Source: Lytechinus pictus
Lineage: Eukaryota
Length of the DNA: 64,000 nucleotides
Direction: 5' to 3'
Assembly: GCF_037042905.1 (NCBI RefSeq)
Contig: NC_087263.1
Span: forward strand, 6,696,001-6,760,000
The translations under genes were made by a program, and so were the position numbers. A model generated the notes under the pieces. That model saw only the letters and a program-made list of their open reading frames with translations, had not been told where the DNA came from and made no database searches. Position 1 is the stretch's first letter; each line of letters begins with the position of its first letter. This document shows, piece after piece, positions 26,301 through 38,194 of this stretch.

Positions 26301-26584
26301 CGCAAGCTAAATGGGTACCAAAGAAAGTACTCAACAGTTGAGAAGGAAACTTTGGGATTGGTGCTTGCTGTACAAAACTTTGAGGTTTATGTCACTAGCG
26401 GTGTTGGCGACATACAAGTAATCAAGTATACACTGACCACAACCCGCTTTCCTTTTTAGACAAGTTCAGGAATAAGAACCAGCGATTGTTTCGTTGGAGT
26501 CTCCTCTTGCAGCCTTACCCCTTGAAAATAGAGCATATTTCTGGTAAAAATAACATAATCGCGGATGCTTTGTCTCGAGGTTAA
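23376..26584 (+). pseudogene. Gmr1 pol: protease, integrase, RT, RNase H (disrupted)
   Basis: Protease ILRDTGS; integrase H-H-C-C, VDCVGP, SDQG, IERF and GPY; RT YIDD; RNase H IDAS/DHNPL. Broken by a MITE, frameshifts and an IN-RT linker deletion. Confidence 0.88.
23620..23792. mobile_element. CAG-terminus MITE with 5-bp TSD inserted in the Gmr1 protease
   Basis: CAAGG|CAGGGGCCGCGGAAC...GTTCCGCGGCCCCTG|CAAGG. Removing 178 bp restores ...VPLYKVYLES in one frame. Confidence 0.9.
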
Positions 26585-27098
26585 GTTCACGTTTATATGT
26601 ATATATGTTGATACAAACCTCATGATGCTTGTGAAAATGTGAAAAACTGATACAGGTTATAATTGTATGGCTGTGCCATGTGTTAAATATTTACAACTTT
26701 GTTACTTGTTGTTGTTGATCAGAACTATGATGATGATATTACTAGGGAAGTGAAAATCTTGCTTGGAGACAACCTTGTTATTTTGTAGTATGAAAATTAT
26801 CTTAATGACATTTTTTTTTTCTTTATGGGTGGAGGCATTAGAAATAGTTTTTTTTTTTTTTTTTTACAGGAAGAAACAGAAAATGATGGAAAAAAAATGT
26901 CATGAATTTCCTGTTAGAAAGAGGTGGTTTTAGAACATAAACAATAGAAAATGATGAAAAAAAATGTCAAGATGTTACATTTTACTTTTAATTTGTTTGG
27001 AGTTTTTACAAAGAAACCTTTGAAGAAGTAAATGTGATGAAAGAAAAATGTAAAATTATATAACTTTATAACTTTTTTCTTTTCTTTTAGGGTGGAGG

Positions 27099-28181
27099 TG
27101 TTACGAATAAACTTGATAGTATCGTATTAAGGTTAAGTTTATTTCAACATATTATTATCATGTAGAGAGAATTAAGATTTTGCTCTTCGGAACATGACTA
27201 ATGGACTGTTCCATGGTTTCGGAAAAACGATTGGCATTGGTGAACTGTGGGGAAAGCGGAACGCGTGAAAAGGAAAGTGACGTCTTTTATTTTAACGGGT
27301 GAAACTTCGTCGTTCTTTTCAACCCTGTATGATTTTGACTCGAGATGAAAGTTATTTTGAATATTAGCTGAACTTATTATTCTTTCTACCAAGATGTGAA
27401 CTTTTGCCTGAATGTTTCCACGCATTGAATAATGAGATTTGGAACCGAGTTCGAAAATGTCTCTGCATAACATTTAAATTAACTGTTGGGACTACACGCA
27501 CATAGTACGCTTCGGAGATGTAATCTACACAACATTAATGTGGACTGCACAGTGAACGCTGTCAACTAGTATTGGATGAACTTCACAATCACATGAACAC
27601 ACTAATCGGCAATTAAATCGCGAACTGGACTGTGAGTACACCATGAAGACTCCCAGAATAAAACTGAATTCAGTCTCACTGCTAGTACTGGGCCCCAACA
27701 TTTATTTTTGGTAAAGTTAAACTAAACTAGTAACAAATCTAATCTGGGTCTAAAATTGTTTATAGTTTGCACCGGTATCGTACATGTATTTGTAACGTCG
27801 TTAGACAGGCCTGATTGTATTGTAAATTCTAATCTAGATCTAGAACTAAGTAGGCTTAGCCTTAGGTTGAATTAGCGAGCTCATAGTCATAATCCACTAA
27901 TAGCTGAAATAAGAGTTGAATGCATTGGGATTTGAGTGACGGTCATACAAATTGTGAAACAATGTTCGATTTACAATTTTATCGAACCTGCTGAAATTAT
28001 AATTGAAGCATGTTGTTGCGATTCGGAAGAAACTTTTGTTGTTTTTAACTTTGCTTACGAGATACAAAGTTTTGATTAAAGGTCCAAAGCAGGACGATTT
28101 CATTCTTACTTAAACTTTATGATTGCTTTAGTGTAATTTTTTTTTGTGAATTTGAAGTAGAGATAATTCTTTGTCATAACA
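27099..28181 (+). repeat. 3' LTR
   Basis: TG...CA copy of the central LTR, followed by TSD GTAG. Confidence 0.92.
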
Positions 28182-28469
28182 GTAGTAATACTAATAGTAG
28201 TAGTAGTAGTATAGGTCTAGTAAATCGCAGCAATAATGATTGTTTTAATGGTAATTATGGTTATGCGTAGTCGTGGTAGAAGGTAACAATTGAGTCGCTT
28301 TCTCCAATGCTAAACAATGCCGTGTTCACTGTCACATTACAGCTTGTGTTAGTGAACCCTGCATGAATGGAGCGACTTGTACCGATATTCTGGATGGATA
28401 TTCCTGCCAGTGCTCCGGGGAATTCACAGGAAACCAATGCGAACATGGTAAAACAATGGAATTGGGGTC

Positions 28470-28775
28470 TATTCATTATTATGATAGTGATATCTAATCA
28501 ATGATGATGTTGATGTTGAGAGACATGAAGATCGTAGCGATGATGATACCGACGAAGAAACTGAAGGGGAAAGGAAAAAGGAGGAGGATGAGATGGAGAT
28601 GAAAATGAAGAAGAGGAAAAAAGAAGAAAAATGTAGGAGTAAAACATGGAGAACAGGAAGAAGAAAACAAGGAGAAAAAGGGTGGATTAGGAGGAGCAGT
28701 AGGAGAAAAAAGAAGATCATGAAGAATAAGGTGGGGAGGAGAAGAAGAGGAGGAAGAAGAAGTAGAAGATGTGTC
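28470..28775. repeat. GA-rich / (GAA,GAG,GAT)n low-complexity tract
   Basis: Purine-rich simple repeats in an intron. Confidence 0.75.
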
Positions 28776-28914
28776 TTGGGGCGGAAAGGGGCAATACTTA
28801 GAGGTATATCCATAAGGGTCATATCACATTTATATTATTGATTTTTAGGTGATACTGTCAATTGTCACCAATAATCCTTTAAAGTCTTAATCTACCTTCC
28901 AATTATGTTCCCAG

Positions 28915-29166
28915 CACTGACGAAGGTATTGCTAAGTCATGATCGAACCATCTATAAAACTGCATTCGCAACGACCGACAACTATGAAGAACGTGTCAAC
29001 TTGCTCAATCTTTCTTACCATGTGGTATATACGGCTGCAGCAAGTCGCATCAATGCTGTGGAATACGACCCTAAACAGGACCAGGTCTACTTTGCCTTTG
29101 AGACCAGGATCGACAGGATTCAGTGGGATGGCTCAGGGGAACAAACGTTTTTCAACGGATCAAATA
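28915..29166 (+). CDS. Secreted YWTD gene, exon 4
   Basis: TTCCCAG| ... A|GTATGA; AVEYDPKQDQVYFAF...IDRIQWDGSGEQ is an LDLR class B-like repeat. Confidence 0.8.
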
Positions 29167-30017
29167 GTATGATTTAGTATTTTTTGGTCAAGCTCTGGTC
29201 TACAGCACACATTGTTTATGTTATGAAAAATATTAAACCAATCAGCAAAGAGATTCATTTTTTGTACACACCCCGCCCTTTCTGTATATTGTTGATCTGT
29301 ATATTTTCTGAAAATGTCAATTGGAAGAACAATTCATATCCTCCTAAATAGTAACACTTGGGGATTGAGCATTTGCTTGTGTAGCCCCAAAACTCTGGAA
29401 TCGCTTACCTCTGAAATTCAGTAAAGCACAATCAGTGTATAAAAAAAGTCAACACTGTCTTAAAACACAATATTAATTCCAAGCTTTGGGTGTTTTTATA
29501 TAGCGCAGGAGTATAATAATAAAATAACCGTTTAAAGACTCGGGCCACGTAAGCAATATTGATTTGGATAAATACACAAACATCAAATTGGCGCGAGTTC
29601 TTTGGCAATTTCACACATTCTTTGGAAATATTTTTAACATACTTTGTAGATATTTTCGTATTGTCTCACGTGCTATGTAATGCCACTTTATCAAAGAAAA
29701 GCAGTTTTTCTGAGTGAAATTTGAGTTTTACCGTGGGTGAATACGTAAAATACACTGTAAGTATTCAAAGAACAGGAACAAGGAAATCATTGATGAACAT
29801 TTTAATTTCAATAATAGTTGTACTAACATTAACTATAATAATATTAATGATATTGACAGGCCTACTGATGATGATGATAAAAATAATGATAAGTTAAAGA
29901 AAAGGTAGGTTTTATGAATAATTATTACATCATTAATTACAATGCTGATGATTATATCAATATTTATGTTCTTGCTGTTTTTGTTGTTGTTAATTTTCAA
30001 ACAATGAGTTATTATAG

Positions 30018-30183
30018 ACCTTGCTCTGGATGTGAACGGCCGAATAATCTACTGGATCGTCGAGTCTTCTTACTCGATTTCGATGTCCCCAATGGACATT
30101 AATCAGCTTCCCGTTGAAGGTGAATTTCTCTATGATACCGGGATCTCCAATCCTTTTACGGTGTTTTTCGATCGTTTCCAAGG
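30018..30183 (+). CDS. Secreted YWTD gene, exon 5
   Basis: Not in the ORF track. Reads LALDVNGRIIYWIVESS...SNPFTVFFDRFQG; phase 1 to 2 with GTGAG donor. Confidence 0.8.
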
Positions 30184-30894
30184 GTGAGTCTACATTTGGA
30201 TAATTATTGTTGGCGATAGTTCAGGTCTCTGTTTACAAGGGCGGTGCCACCGGAGGGGGGGTGGTGTTCGCAGTGGGTGAAATCGTGAAAAAGGGAGGGT
30301 AAATGCGAGGTAGGGAACAGGGGGAGATAAAATAGAAAAATAAGTAAGCAATGGAAGGATGAAGAGTATAAAAGGAAATGTCTATTCCTTGTATAAAAGT
30401 CTAGTGGATGATGCAAAACCGTATTTGTAGTAATTACGTAAGATATATTTGACTTCGTTTATGTTTATATTTGTAATTGCATCTCACATGTCTAAAGGAA
30501 CTGTTGCTGCGCTGGCGCCATGAGCGTCTCTGGATGGTGTGTGCCCTCATTATCATTTTTATCATTATTATTAGTATTAAAAGCCATATAATTCAAATTG
30601 GAAAAATATGACGTCATATTTAATTCGCCTTGCCCCAGGCATTCACCTTCTTAAAAAAAAATCGCGGCACCGCTCCTGGCTTTTCATACAAGTATATGTA
30701 TTCGAATGTCTTGAGAATGGGAGATAACGAGTTTTCTTAATCGTTTATATAGTCGCCGTAGCTAATGTTTTTTTTTTCTTTTAGTGTAAAGGTTTTTCAA
30801 TGTAATGTAAAGGTAAATATTGTCTTATGTTTATCTTTATTCTTCGTAAAAAACATTACGCCGTAAACTTTTTAACCCCCTGCCTTGTTTACAG

Positions 30895-31007
30895 GAATTT
30901 ATACTGGGGTGAGAGCTCACACATTTCACGGAGGATTGGTAACATGGAGGAGAGTATTGTCGAGGAGAACATTAAATGGGCAAAAGGATTGTTCGTCGAC
31001 ACAAAAG
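30895..31007 (+). CDS. Secreted YWTD gene, exon 6
   Basis: TTACAG|G NLYWGESSHISRR...WAKGLFVDTK G|GTTTG; phase 2 to 1. Confidence 0.8.
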
Positions 31008-31527
31008 GTTTGAGTAACAATTTCAACTCAGACTGACCAGCTAGCACATTGTATCTAACCATATCATTTCCCAAAATTTTAGAAATGTTTTGAAATTATC
31101 GTGTTGTAATACAATTTGATGTAATATATATATAACATTCCTTCTATTTAACGTTTTTATAACGTCCAGTCTGACAGGTTTTAATGATAGGAAAAATCAA
31201 ACATCATACAAACTAAATTTTTTTTTGAAGTATCGTTGGAATAATTTCGAATATAATTTTAAAGTTTTTCCTGAAAACCCAAGACTATGTATATTGATAT
31301 TTAGAAAATGTTTAAAACACTTTGAGGCAACATTGAAATAACATAGATAGATGTGCGGTCTCCCTCAGATAATTCCTAACAGAGGCTTAATCATAATGAT
31401 TCCACAACATGACCAATATTAAATTACCTCTGCCCTTATCTTCTAAAAGAGCAAACACCACAAAATTCCTTGCAGAAAGGATTCTCATAATTATTTAAAA
31501 TGATGACAAAATCTTATTCATTTGCAG

Positions 31528-31919
31528 ATGATCGAATGTACTGGAGCCAAAATACTAATCGGAAAAATATCGAATCGGTCAGACTAAATGGGAAGGATAG
31601 GAAAATGTATTTTCCTAACTCGACTGGTAATTCGAGCAGCAATAAGTTCCGACGATTCGTTGTCTTCGATGGCGTAATGTACTGGTCGGCAGAGAATACC
31701 CCAGGAATCGGTCGGGTCGATGTGACCGGAGATGACCTCAAGTATTATCAGCGTGTGCTAGAGCTACGAGTAGAACGCGACGATGCACACAACGATAGCG
31801 ATGACGATAATGACGACGACATGGATGGGGTAGACGCGCCTTACGGGACCGTCCAACTGGGAGCGAACATTGATTTCTTTATCAACGGGGATTTCAAAAA
31901 TGATAGAATTCATTATTAA
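31528..31919 (+). CDS. Secreted YWTD gene, exon 7 (terminal)
   Basis: TTTGCAG| DDRMYWSQ...IESVRLNGKDR...VFDGVMYWS..., then an acidic tract and TAA. Total spliced CDS is 1173 nt (390 aa). Confidence 0.75.
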
Positions 31920-32368
31920 GAAATATCTTGCCAAGTCGACTTATAAAACACTATATGTCGACATGGCAAGATATGAAGTGTCCAAGGCCCTCGAGAGTCT
32001 AAATATCTCGCCAAGTTGACGTATAACTTTTTATAAGTGGACTTGGCAAGATAAAATATGTCGCCGTGTTGACATGTAACTTGTTATAAGTCAACTTGGC
32101 AAGATAACTTATCTCGCCATGTCGACATATAACCCTTTATAAGTCGACCATGTCGATAGAGGGCGCAACAGCTGCGTTAAGACGTATTTTTGCATCCTCT
32201 GTTTTGGAACTAAGATATCTGGAAATATCAACGAGAGAACTAACCATCCGTTTTCAGTAATCAGGATATTGATATTCTTATATCAACCTTTTCAAGATTT
32301 GGAGATCATTTTTCATATATTGCTGTTTAATTCCATATTTCGAGCGTTTATTTGGTAATTGGATCAAC

Positions 32369-33559
32369 ATGTATGCTGAGAAAGCAACGCCACACCCTGA
32401 ATCGCACCTTCCCCGAGGACCAAAACCCGTTTTCATCCGGACAGATAACGTAAGAAATGAGGACAAAAAACCAATTACGGGTGAGGAAATCTATGTTAGT
32501 CTTGTGAAGGTGTTCAAGAGTGATGTTGTTGCCGGAATTCAACAGATTCGACGTCTTTGGCGGATCTATTTGACTTCCCATACCGACCGTGTTGAGCTGA
32601 TATCGAATGGGTTACTGCTACGTGGGGCAAGCGTCCCTGTTTATGACGTGAACCCATTCACCCAGTCAAGAGATGAAAACCTTACGAGAGTTACCATTAA
32701 GGATATACCCTTATCCGTTAGTGATGAAGTGATAAGAGCTAAACTACAGGAGATGAAGTATGAGATGCATGGCGAAATATACCGCCAAAAACTAAGGGTA
32801 AATGGTCAGCTAACTAACTGTTTGAACGGTGATCGTGTTATCCACATTTCTCCACCATCGCAACCTCTTCCCAGGAAACTTGTTTTTGGGAACACATTTA
32901 TGGCTCGCATTTACCATTCCGGACAACCTGAGAATGCCAGTGGCGCCCATGCAACATGTTCCAGGTGCTTACAAATAGGACACCACGTCTCGAGATGTGT
33001 AAACGAGGTAAGGTGCCAAGTATGCAAGCAACCCGGACATATGAGGAAGGAATGCCCGAACACCCAACAAGCGACAGGGAACCTAGCAACGTACGACGCT
33101 TTTTCGTTTCAATCGCAAACGCAAACTTCGAGCGAGGGAATCAACGTACAGGATGAAATATCTCGATCAACCAACAAGACACGACAAACTCGTCTTGCTG
33201 AATTCGTATCGAAACTGGTACAACATCCATCGCAGACGCAGAATACCAATGTCGACACTGCAACAGCCGTAGCTTTAGATCTCCGATCACCTAGAAGAAC
33301 GCGATCAGCGTCACGCCCTAAAGAAGGTTCATCCGCGTACGCTTCAGACGGAGCGATGCACTACGCGACTAAGCGTAACAACATCCGCGATTACGATGAT
33401 CAAGTGGAAGCATTGGAGAGCGAAGCTGAAAACAATCGAAGTGAAAGCGATGTAGATGATGACACATCCATGTCACCCGAGACTCCCCCGAAATCGTCGA
33501 CGAATAAAGCATTAAAGCCTGTGAAACGGAAGAAGAAAGCTACAAAGAAAAAGAAATAA
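32369..33559 (+). CDS. Tx1-like ORF1 (RRM-like region, two CCHC knuckles, basic tail)
   Basis: VTIKDIPLSVSDEVI, CSRCLQIGHHVSRC, CQVCKQPGHMRKEC; intact 396 aa. Confidence 0.85.
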   Translation: MYAEKATPHPESHLPRGPKPVFIRTDNVRNEDKKPITGEEIYVSLVKVFKSDVVAGIQQIRRLWRIYLTSHTDRVELISNGLLLRGASVPVYDVNPFTQSRDENLTRVTIKDIPLSVSDEVIRAKLQEMKYEMHGEIYRQKLRVNGQLTNCLNGDRVIHISPPSQPLPRKLVFGNTFMARIYHSGQPENASGAHATCSRCLQIGHHVSRCVNEVRCQVCKQPGHMRKECPNTQQATGNLATYDAFSFQSQTQTSSEGINVQDEISRSTNKTRQTRLAEFVSKLVQHPSQTQNTNVDTATAVALDLRSPRRTRSASRPKEGSSAYASDGAMHYATKRNNIRDYDDQVEALESEAENNRSESDVDDDTSMSPETPPKSSTNKALKPVKRKKKATKKKK

Positions 33560-33600
33560 AATTTCCACAACGATGTGAGTATAAACATAGAGAAATCAAC

Positions 33601-36600
33601 ATGGAAACCAATATAAACGAAGGACAAAAGAATTGTGAAAATGAAAGAACTAGGAACTGGGGTAAACATGATCACGTACATTTTATAACATTGAATGTAA
33701 GAGGGATACGTGATTCAATGAAGAGAAAGAAAAGATTTCTTTGGCTCCATCGTCAAAAGTGTGACATAGCTTATTTGCAGGAAACATTCTTGTCACGAAA
33801 CATAGAAAATACAGTTTCTAAAGAATGGAAAGGTACATGTCTATTTGATCATGGGACAAATCATTCCAAAGGTGTAGCAATTTTTATTAAAGAAAGGTTA
33901 CCTATAACTGTCATCGACACATATTACAAAGGTGATGGTCGGTCAGTTGCTGCTAGATTGTTATATCTAGATCGCTTTTATTTGTGTTTAAATGTATATG
34001 CACCTGCTAAAAATAAAGAGAAAGAGCCTTTTTACTCGTCATTATGTAATTGGGTACAAAATATTAAAAAACAAAATGACGTTATAATTGCGGGTGGAGA
34101 TTGGAACTGTGTTCAAAACAAAAGTAAGGACACGAGTGGAGTTTCATACGCATATTTACCAAAACAAAACTTTGTCAAATTTCGAAAAGAGAATTACTTA
34201 GTAGATGTATGGAGAAAAATGTTTCCAGAGAGAAGACAGTATACATGGAGACAATTGTCACTTAACATTCATTCAGGATTAGATTATTGGCTCATGTCAA
34301 AAGAGCACTTTCCATATACACATTCCATAGATATTAAACCTGTGTTAAAATGTGACCATAATGCAGTGTCAATGAAACTTAATATCTTAATACATGACAG
34401 GGGAAAAGGTTGTTGGAAACTGAACAACTCGTTGCTTAAAGAAGAATCGTTTAAAGAGCATATTAAGCGTATTATTCACAAGGTTGATATGGATTTTAAT
34501 AATAGATATGATAAACAACTTAGATGGGAAATGTGTAAAATTCGAATAAAATAATTTAGTATGAAATATGCAGTTGATCTTAAGAGAAAAAAAAAGAAAA
34601 AATATTGTTCATATGGAAAATGAATATGAGAGTTTATGTATGAATATAGATGTCTTGAGTGTAGAAGATATAGATAAAATGAAGAAAATAAGACAAAAGA
34701 TAGACAAATGGTATGAATATCAGTGCAAAGGTGCTTTTGTGAGATCTCGGGCAAAGTGGCTTGAATTTGGTGAAAAGTCAACAAAATATTTTCTTCAACT
34801 TGAAAAAGCAAAAGGTAAAAAGAAAGAAATAGATTGTCTTCAGATTAATGGAAAACTTATTAGAGATGAACAGAATATTTTAAAAGGTATACAGGATTAT
34901 TACAATGCACTTTATAAAAGAAGTGATATTGAAGATGGGTTTAAAGATTATATATCTGATGTCAATTTAAATGTTCTGAATGAAGAAGATGCAAAATTAT
35001 GTGAAGGAAAGATTTCAGAAAATGAATGTCTTGAGGCCTTAAAGTCAATGAAGCTGAACAAATCACCTGGGAGTGATGGAATCAGCGTCGAATTTTATAA
35101 ATGCTTTTGGGAGGAAATCAAATATATGGTAATTGATAGTCTCAATGAAGGTCATGAAAATAAACAGTTGTCTTGTTCACAAAGACAGGGCATACTTACC
35201 TTATTGTATAAAAAGGGTGATAAAAAACTCTTAGATAATTGGCGCCCTATTTCGTTGCTAAACATTGATTATAAACTTGCTGCCCGTATCCTTTCTTTAC
35301 GATTACAGAAAGTGATAGATAAACTGATATCACAAGATCAAGCTGGATTTTTAAAAAATCGATCTGCTTCTGAATGTATTAGATTGATTCAAGATACTAT
35401 TGACTATTGTGTGTTTACAAAGAAACCAGGTGTTGTGATGTTTTTATTTCAAAAAAGGTTTCGATACCATGAATCATGATTTCCTATTCTTTTTGTTTCG
35501 ATACCATGAATCATGATTTCCTATTCTTTTTGTTAAAAGAACTCAATTTTAAAGATTCGTTTTTAAGATGGATAGAAACGTTAGATAATGGTGCATGTGG
35601 ACGTGTTTTAAATTTTGGTTGGATATCAGATAAATTTGCAATAGAGAGAGGCGTAAGGCAAGGTTGCCCACTTTCGGCATATTTATTTATTATTGTTGCA
35701 GAGGTTTTAGCTCAGAAAATTAGACAAAATAATCAAATACAAGGGATCCAAATTCCACATAGATTGAACGATAGAGATATACGTATCGTACAATATGCAG
35801 ACGATACAACAATTTTTACTGATTCTATACAATGCATCAAAAAGATAATGAAAGAAGTCGAGACGTTTGGAAAATTTGCTGGGCCAAAAATCAATTGGAC
35901 TAAATCAAATCTTATGAAAATGAATATAAACAACAATGAAACTAACAATCTTCTTTTTACTGAAGATCCTATAAAATGTCTTGGTGTTTTTGTTGGAAAA
36001 AAATATTATGTTGTTCAATCTCTCAATTGGGAAAATAAAGTTCAAAAAATAAAAAATACACTTGACTCATGGAAAATGAGAAAATTATCATTACATGGAA
36101 AAGTGGTGGTAATAAAATTTTTAGTAATGTCACAGATAGTACATACTGCTACGGCAGTACCAATCCCTTCTAAAATAATCAAAGATATTAATAAACTAGT
36201 TTACAATTTTTTGTGGAATTCCAAAAAAGAAATGGTGAAACGTAATATTTGTCATAATCCTGAAAAAGAAGGGGGATTAGGAATGGTTGACTTAAAGACA
36301 AAATGTCGATCACTACGTTTATCATGGATCAATAAATATTTTACAGGTGAAGACAGTGCTTGGAAAACCCTGTTTGAATTATTGGACTCATAAAATCGGC
36401 GAGGATTTGCCTCTTTGTTTGACTTTTAATTGCAAAAAGAGTGATATGTATCGTATTTGTATGAAAAAACATTTGCCCATATTTTATGTTGACATGTTCT
36501 GTTCATGGGCTGATTTAAAGTATATTGATATGTTTAAAGTAACGAATATTGAAAACGAAATTATTTGGTACAATAGTAACATAAAGTATAAAAAAAGATG

Positions 36601-37484
36601 TATTATATTTTCCTAACTGGATAAAGAACAATATTTTGAAAGTTAAACAAATCGTAACAGGTGGTGAATGGAAGAAGATTGATTCAATATGCACTATTTT
36701 TAAAGAAAGAGAATTACTTTCTACCTTTGAATTGTTGAAAATAAAAAATGCGTTCCCGAAGTTCTGGCTTGACAAGTTACGTAATAGTGCACGAAATGTA
36801 AATAGCATGTCATCGAAATCCAGCACTATTGAAATATCAACAGGTGACTGTATAGAAATCAATGGCATGAAAGCCAGACATTTTTATCATTTGATGATTG
36901 AAAAGGAGAAAAGAGACCTCCCTTGTATTTATTTTTGGAACGATTTCTTGGGCTTGCCTCTTGAATTTAATTGGAAACGATTATTAGAGTTTAAACTGGA
37001 TTTTATAAATGACAACAGGATTAAACAATTTAATTTTAAATTAATTCATAGAATACTACCAAGTAAAGACAACCTTTGCAAATGGAAAATTAAAAAAAAT
37101 ATTTTATGTAATATTTGTGAAGTTCCAGAAACCAGTATTCATATTCTTTTTACTTGTCAAGTGGTAACAGTTTTTTGGAAAATTGTTTCTAAATTAATAA
37201 ATGCTTTGTTCGATGTAAAGATTGTTTTGAACGAAAAAATTATCGTGATAGGTCATAAAATAGAAAAAACAGAAATGAATGTGGTTAACCTTATTATAAG
37301 TTTTTCACAATTTGTAATCTATAGGAATTATATTAGAAAATGTTTTGGAAACGACAAGCATATGACTCATGCTTTTTATTTCATGAAAGATCTAAAGGTA
37401 GAACTTCGAAGTTATTTAAAAAGAAAATGTAATCAGAAGAGACTTGATTTAAAACAGGTCTCAAAGGTTCTTTTAATCCTTTAG
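33601..37484 (+). pseudogene. Tx1-like ORF2 (APE endonuclease, RT, C-terminal CCHC), disrupted
   Basis: TLNVRG, LQET, GGDWN, CDH; KSPGSDG, WRPISLLN, RQGCPLS, QYADD; CNIC...H. Disrupted by a stop at 34552, several frameshifts and a 37-bp tandem duplication near 35458-35531. Confidence 0.9.
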
Positions 37485-38194
37485 TTCCTGTTTCGTTATT
37501 TCATCTATGTATATTTTTGTATGTGACTTTTGTAAAAACGATTGTAAATATCCTATGAACAAATAAAGTCCCTCTTATGAGGATTAAAGAGAAAAAAATC
37601 TCGCCATGTCGACATAATAAGGTTATCATGTCGACCTGGCAAGATAAAGTATCTCGCCAAGTCGTCAAGTCGATGGCACTTTAAAGGCTCCGTATGTACA
37701 CGTACCGGTACATGTAAAATAAGATTAGGAGTGTGCTCTGACGAGTTGGCTGTATTTTTTTTATTTATATAGGCCCTATGATTTTTTCTTTAGTTCAGAA
37801 TAAAGAGCTTTTAAAAGTTAGAAATCTAGAAATTGTATGTAAAGATTTGTCATTCTCTTTTTTTTTCTTTCTTTCCTAGTACTACTACTACTTTTTCATG
37901 ACCTTCTACTTCCTCAATTTTCCCCTTCCTCCCCCGTTTTTATTCTTTAGAATTACTTCTAAACATATGAAGCACTTATAGTCATTGTAATCATGAATAA
38001 CATACGCCTCTCATTAATCAAATATTGCGAGCGCGAAGCGCGAGCTGAAAATTTAGGAAATTCAGACCTAAAGAGGGGCATTCTAATGCTTGTTTGTAGA
38101 AATTCACTATACGTATTTCACTAACTAAATGGAGCGAGCTGAAAATTTTTGATATTCAGATTAGAATATCAAAAATTATATCTGATATTAGAAT

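Larger units (their letters stand above)
19234..28181 (+). mobile_element. Tandem Gmr1-clade Ty3/gypsy LTR retrotransposon (deleted copy plus near-full copy sharing a central LTR)
   Basis: TG...CA LTRs at 19234 (partial), 21047-22139 and 27099-28181. GTAG flanks both outer ends. Domain order gag-PR-IN-RT-RH is diagnostic of the Gmr1 clade. Confidence 0.9.
32157..37598 (+). mobile_element. Full-length Tx1/L1-clade non-LTR retrotransposon
   Basis: 5'UTR, ORF1 with zinc knuckles, ORF2 APE-RT-Cys domain, AATAAA (37562), small hairpin and A-rich tail. CCATGTCGA occurs on both sides. Confidence 0.9.
31921..37694. mobile_element. IS3EU-like MITE made of ATCTCGCCA(A/T)GTCGAC repeats, split by a LINE
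   Basis: Alternating inverted units at 31921-32156 and 37599-37675; right terminus TGGCACTTTAAAGGCTCCGTA (TACGG-type end). The left TIR was not found. Confidence 0.5.

Noticed and set aside
28469-28841. Basic protamine-like and hydrophobic ORFs
   Set aside because: GA-rich simple sequence in an intron.
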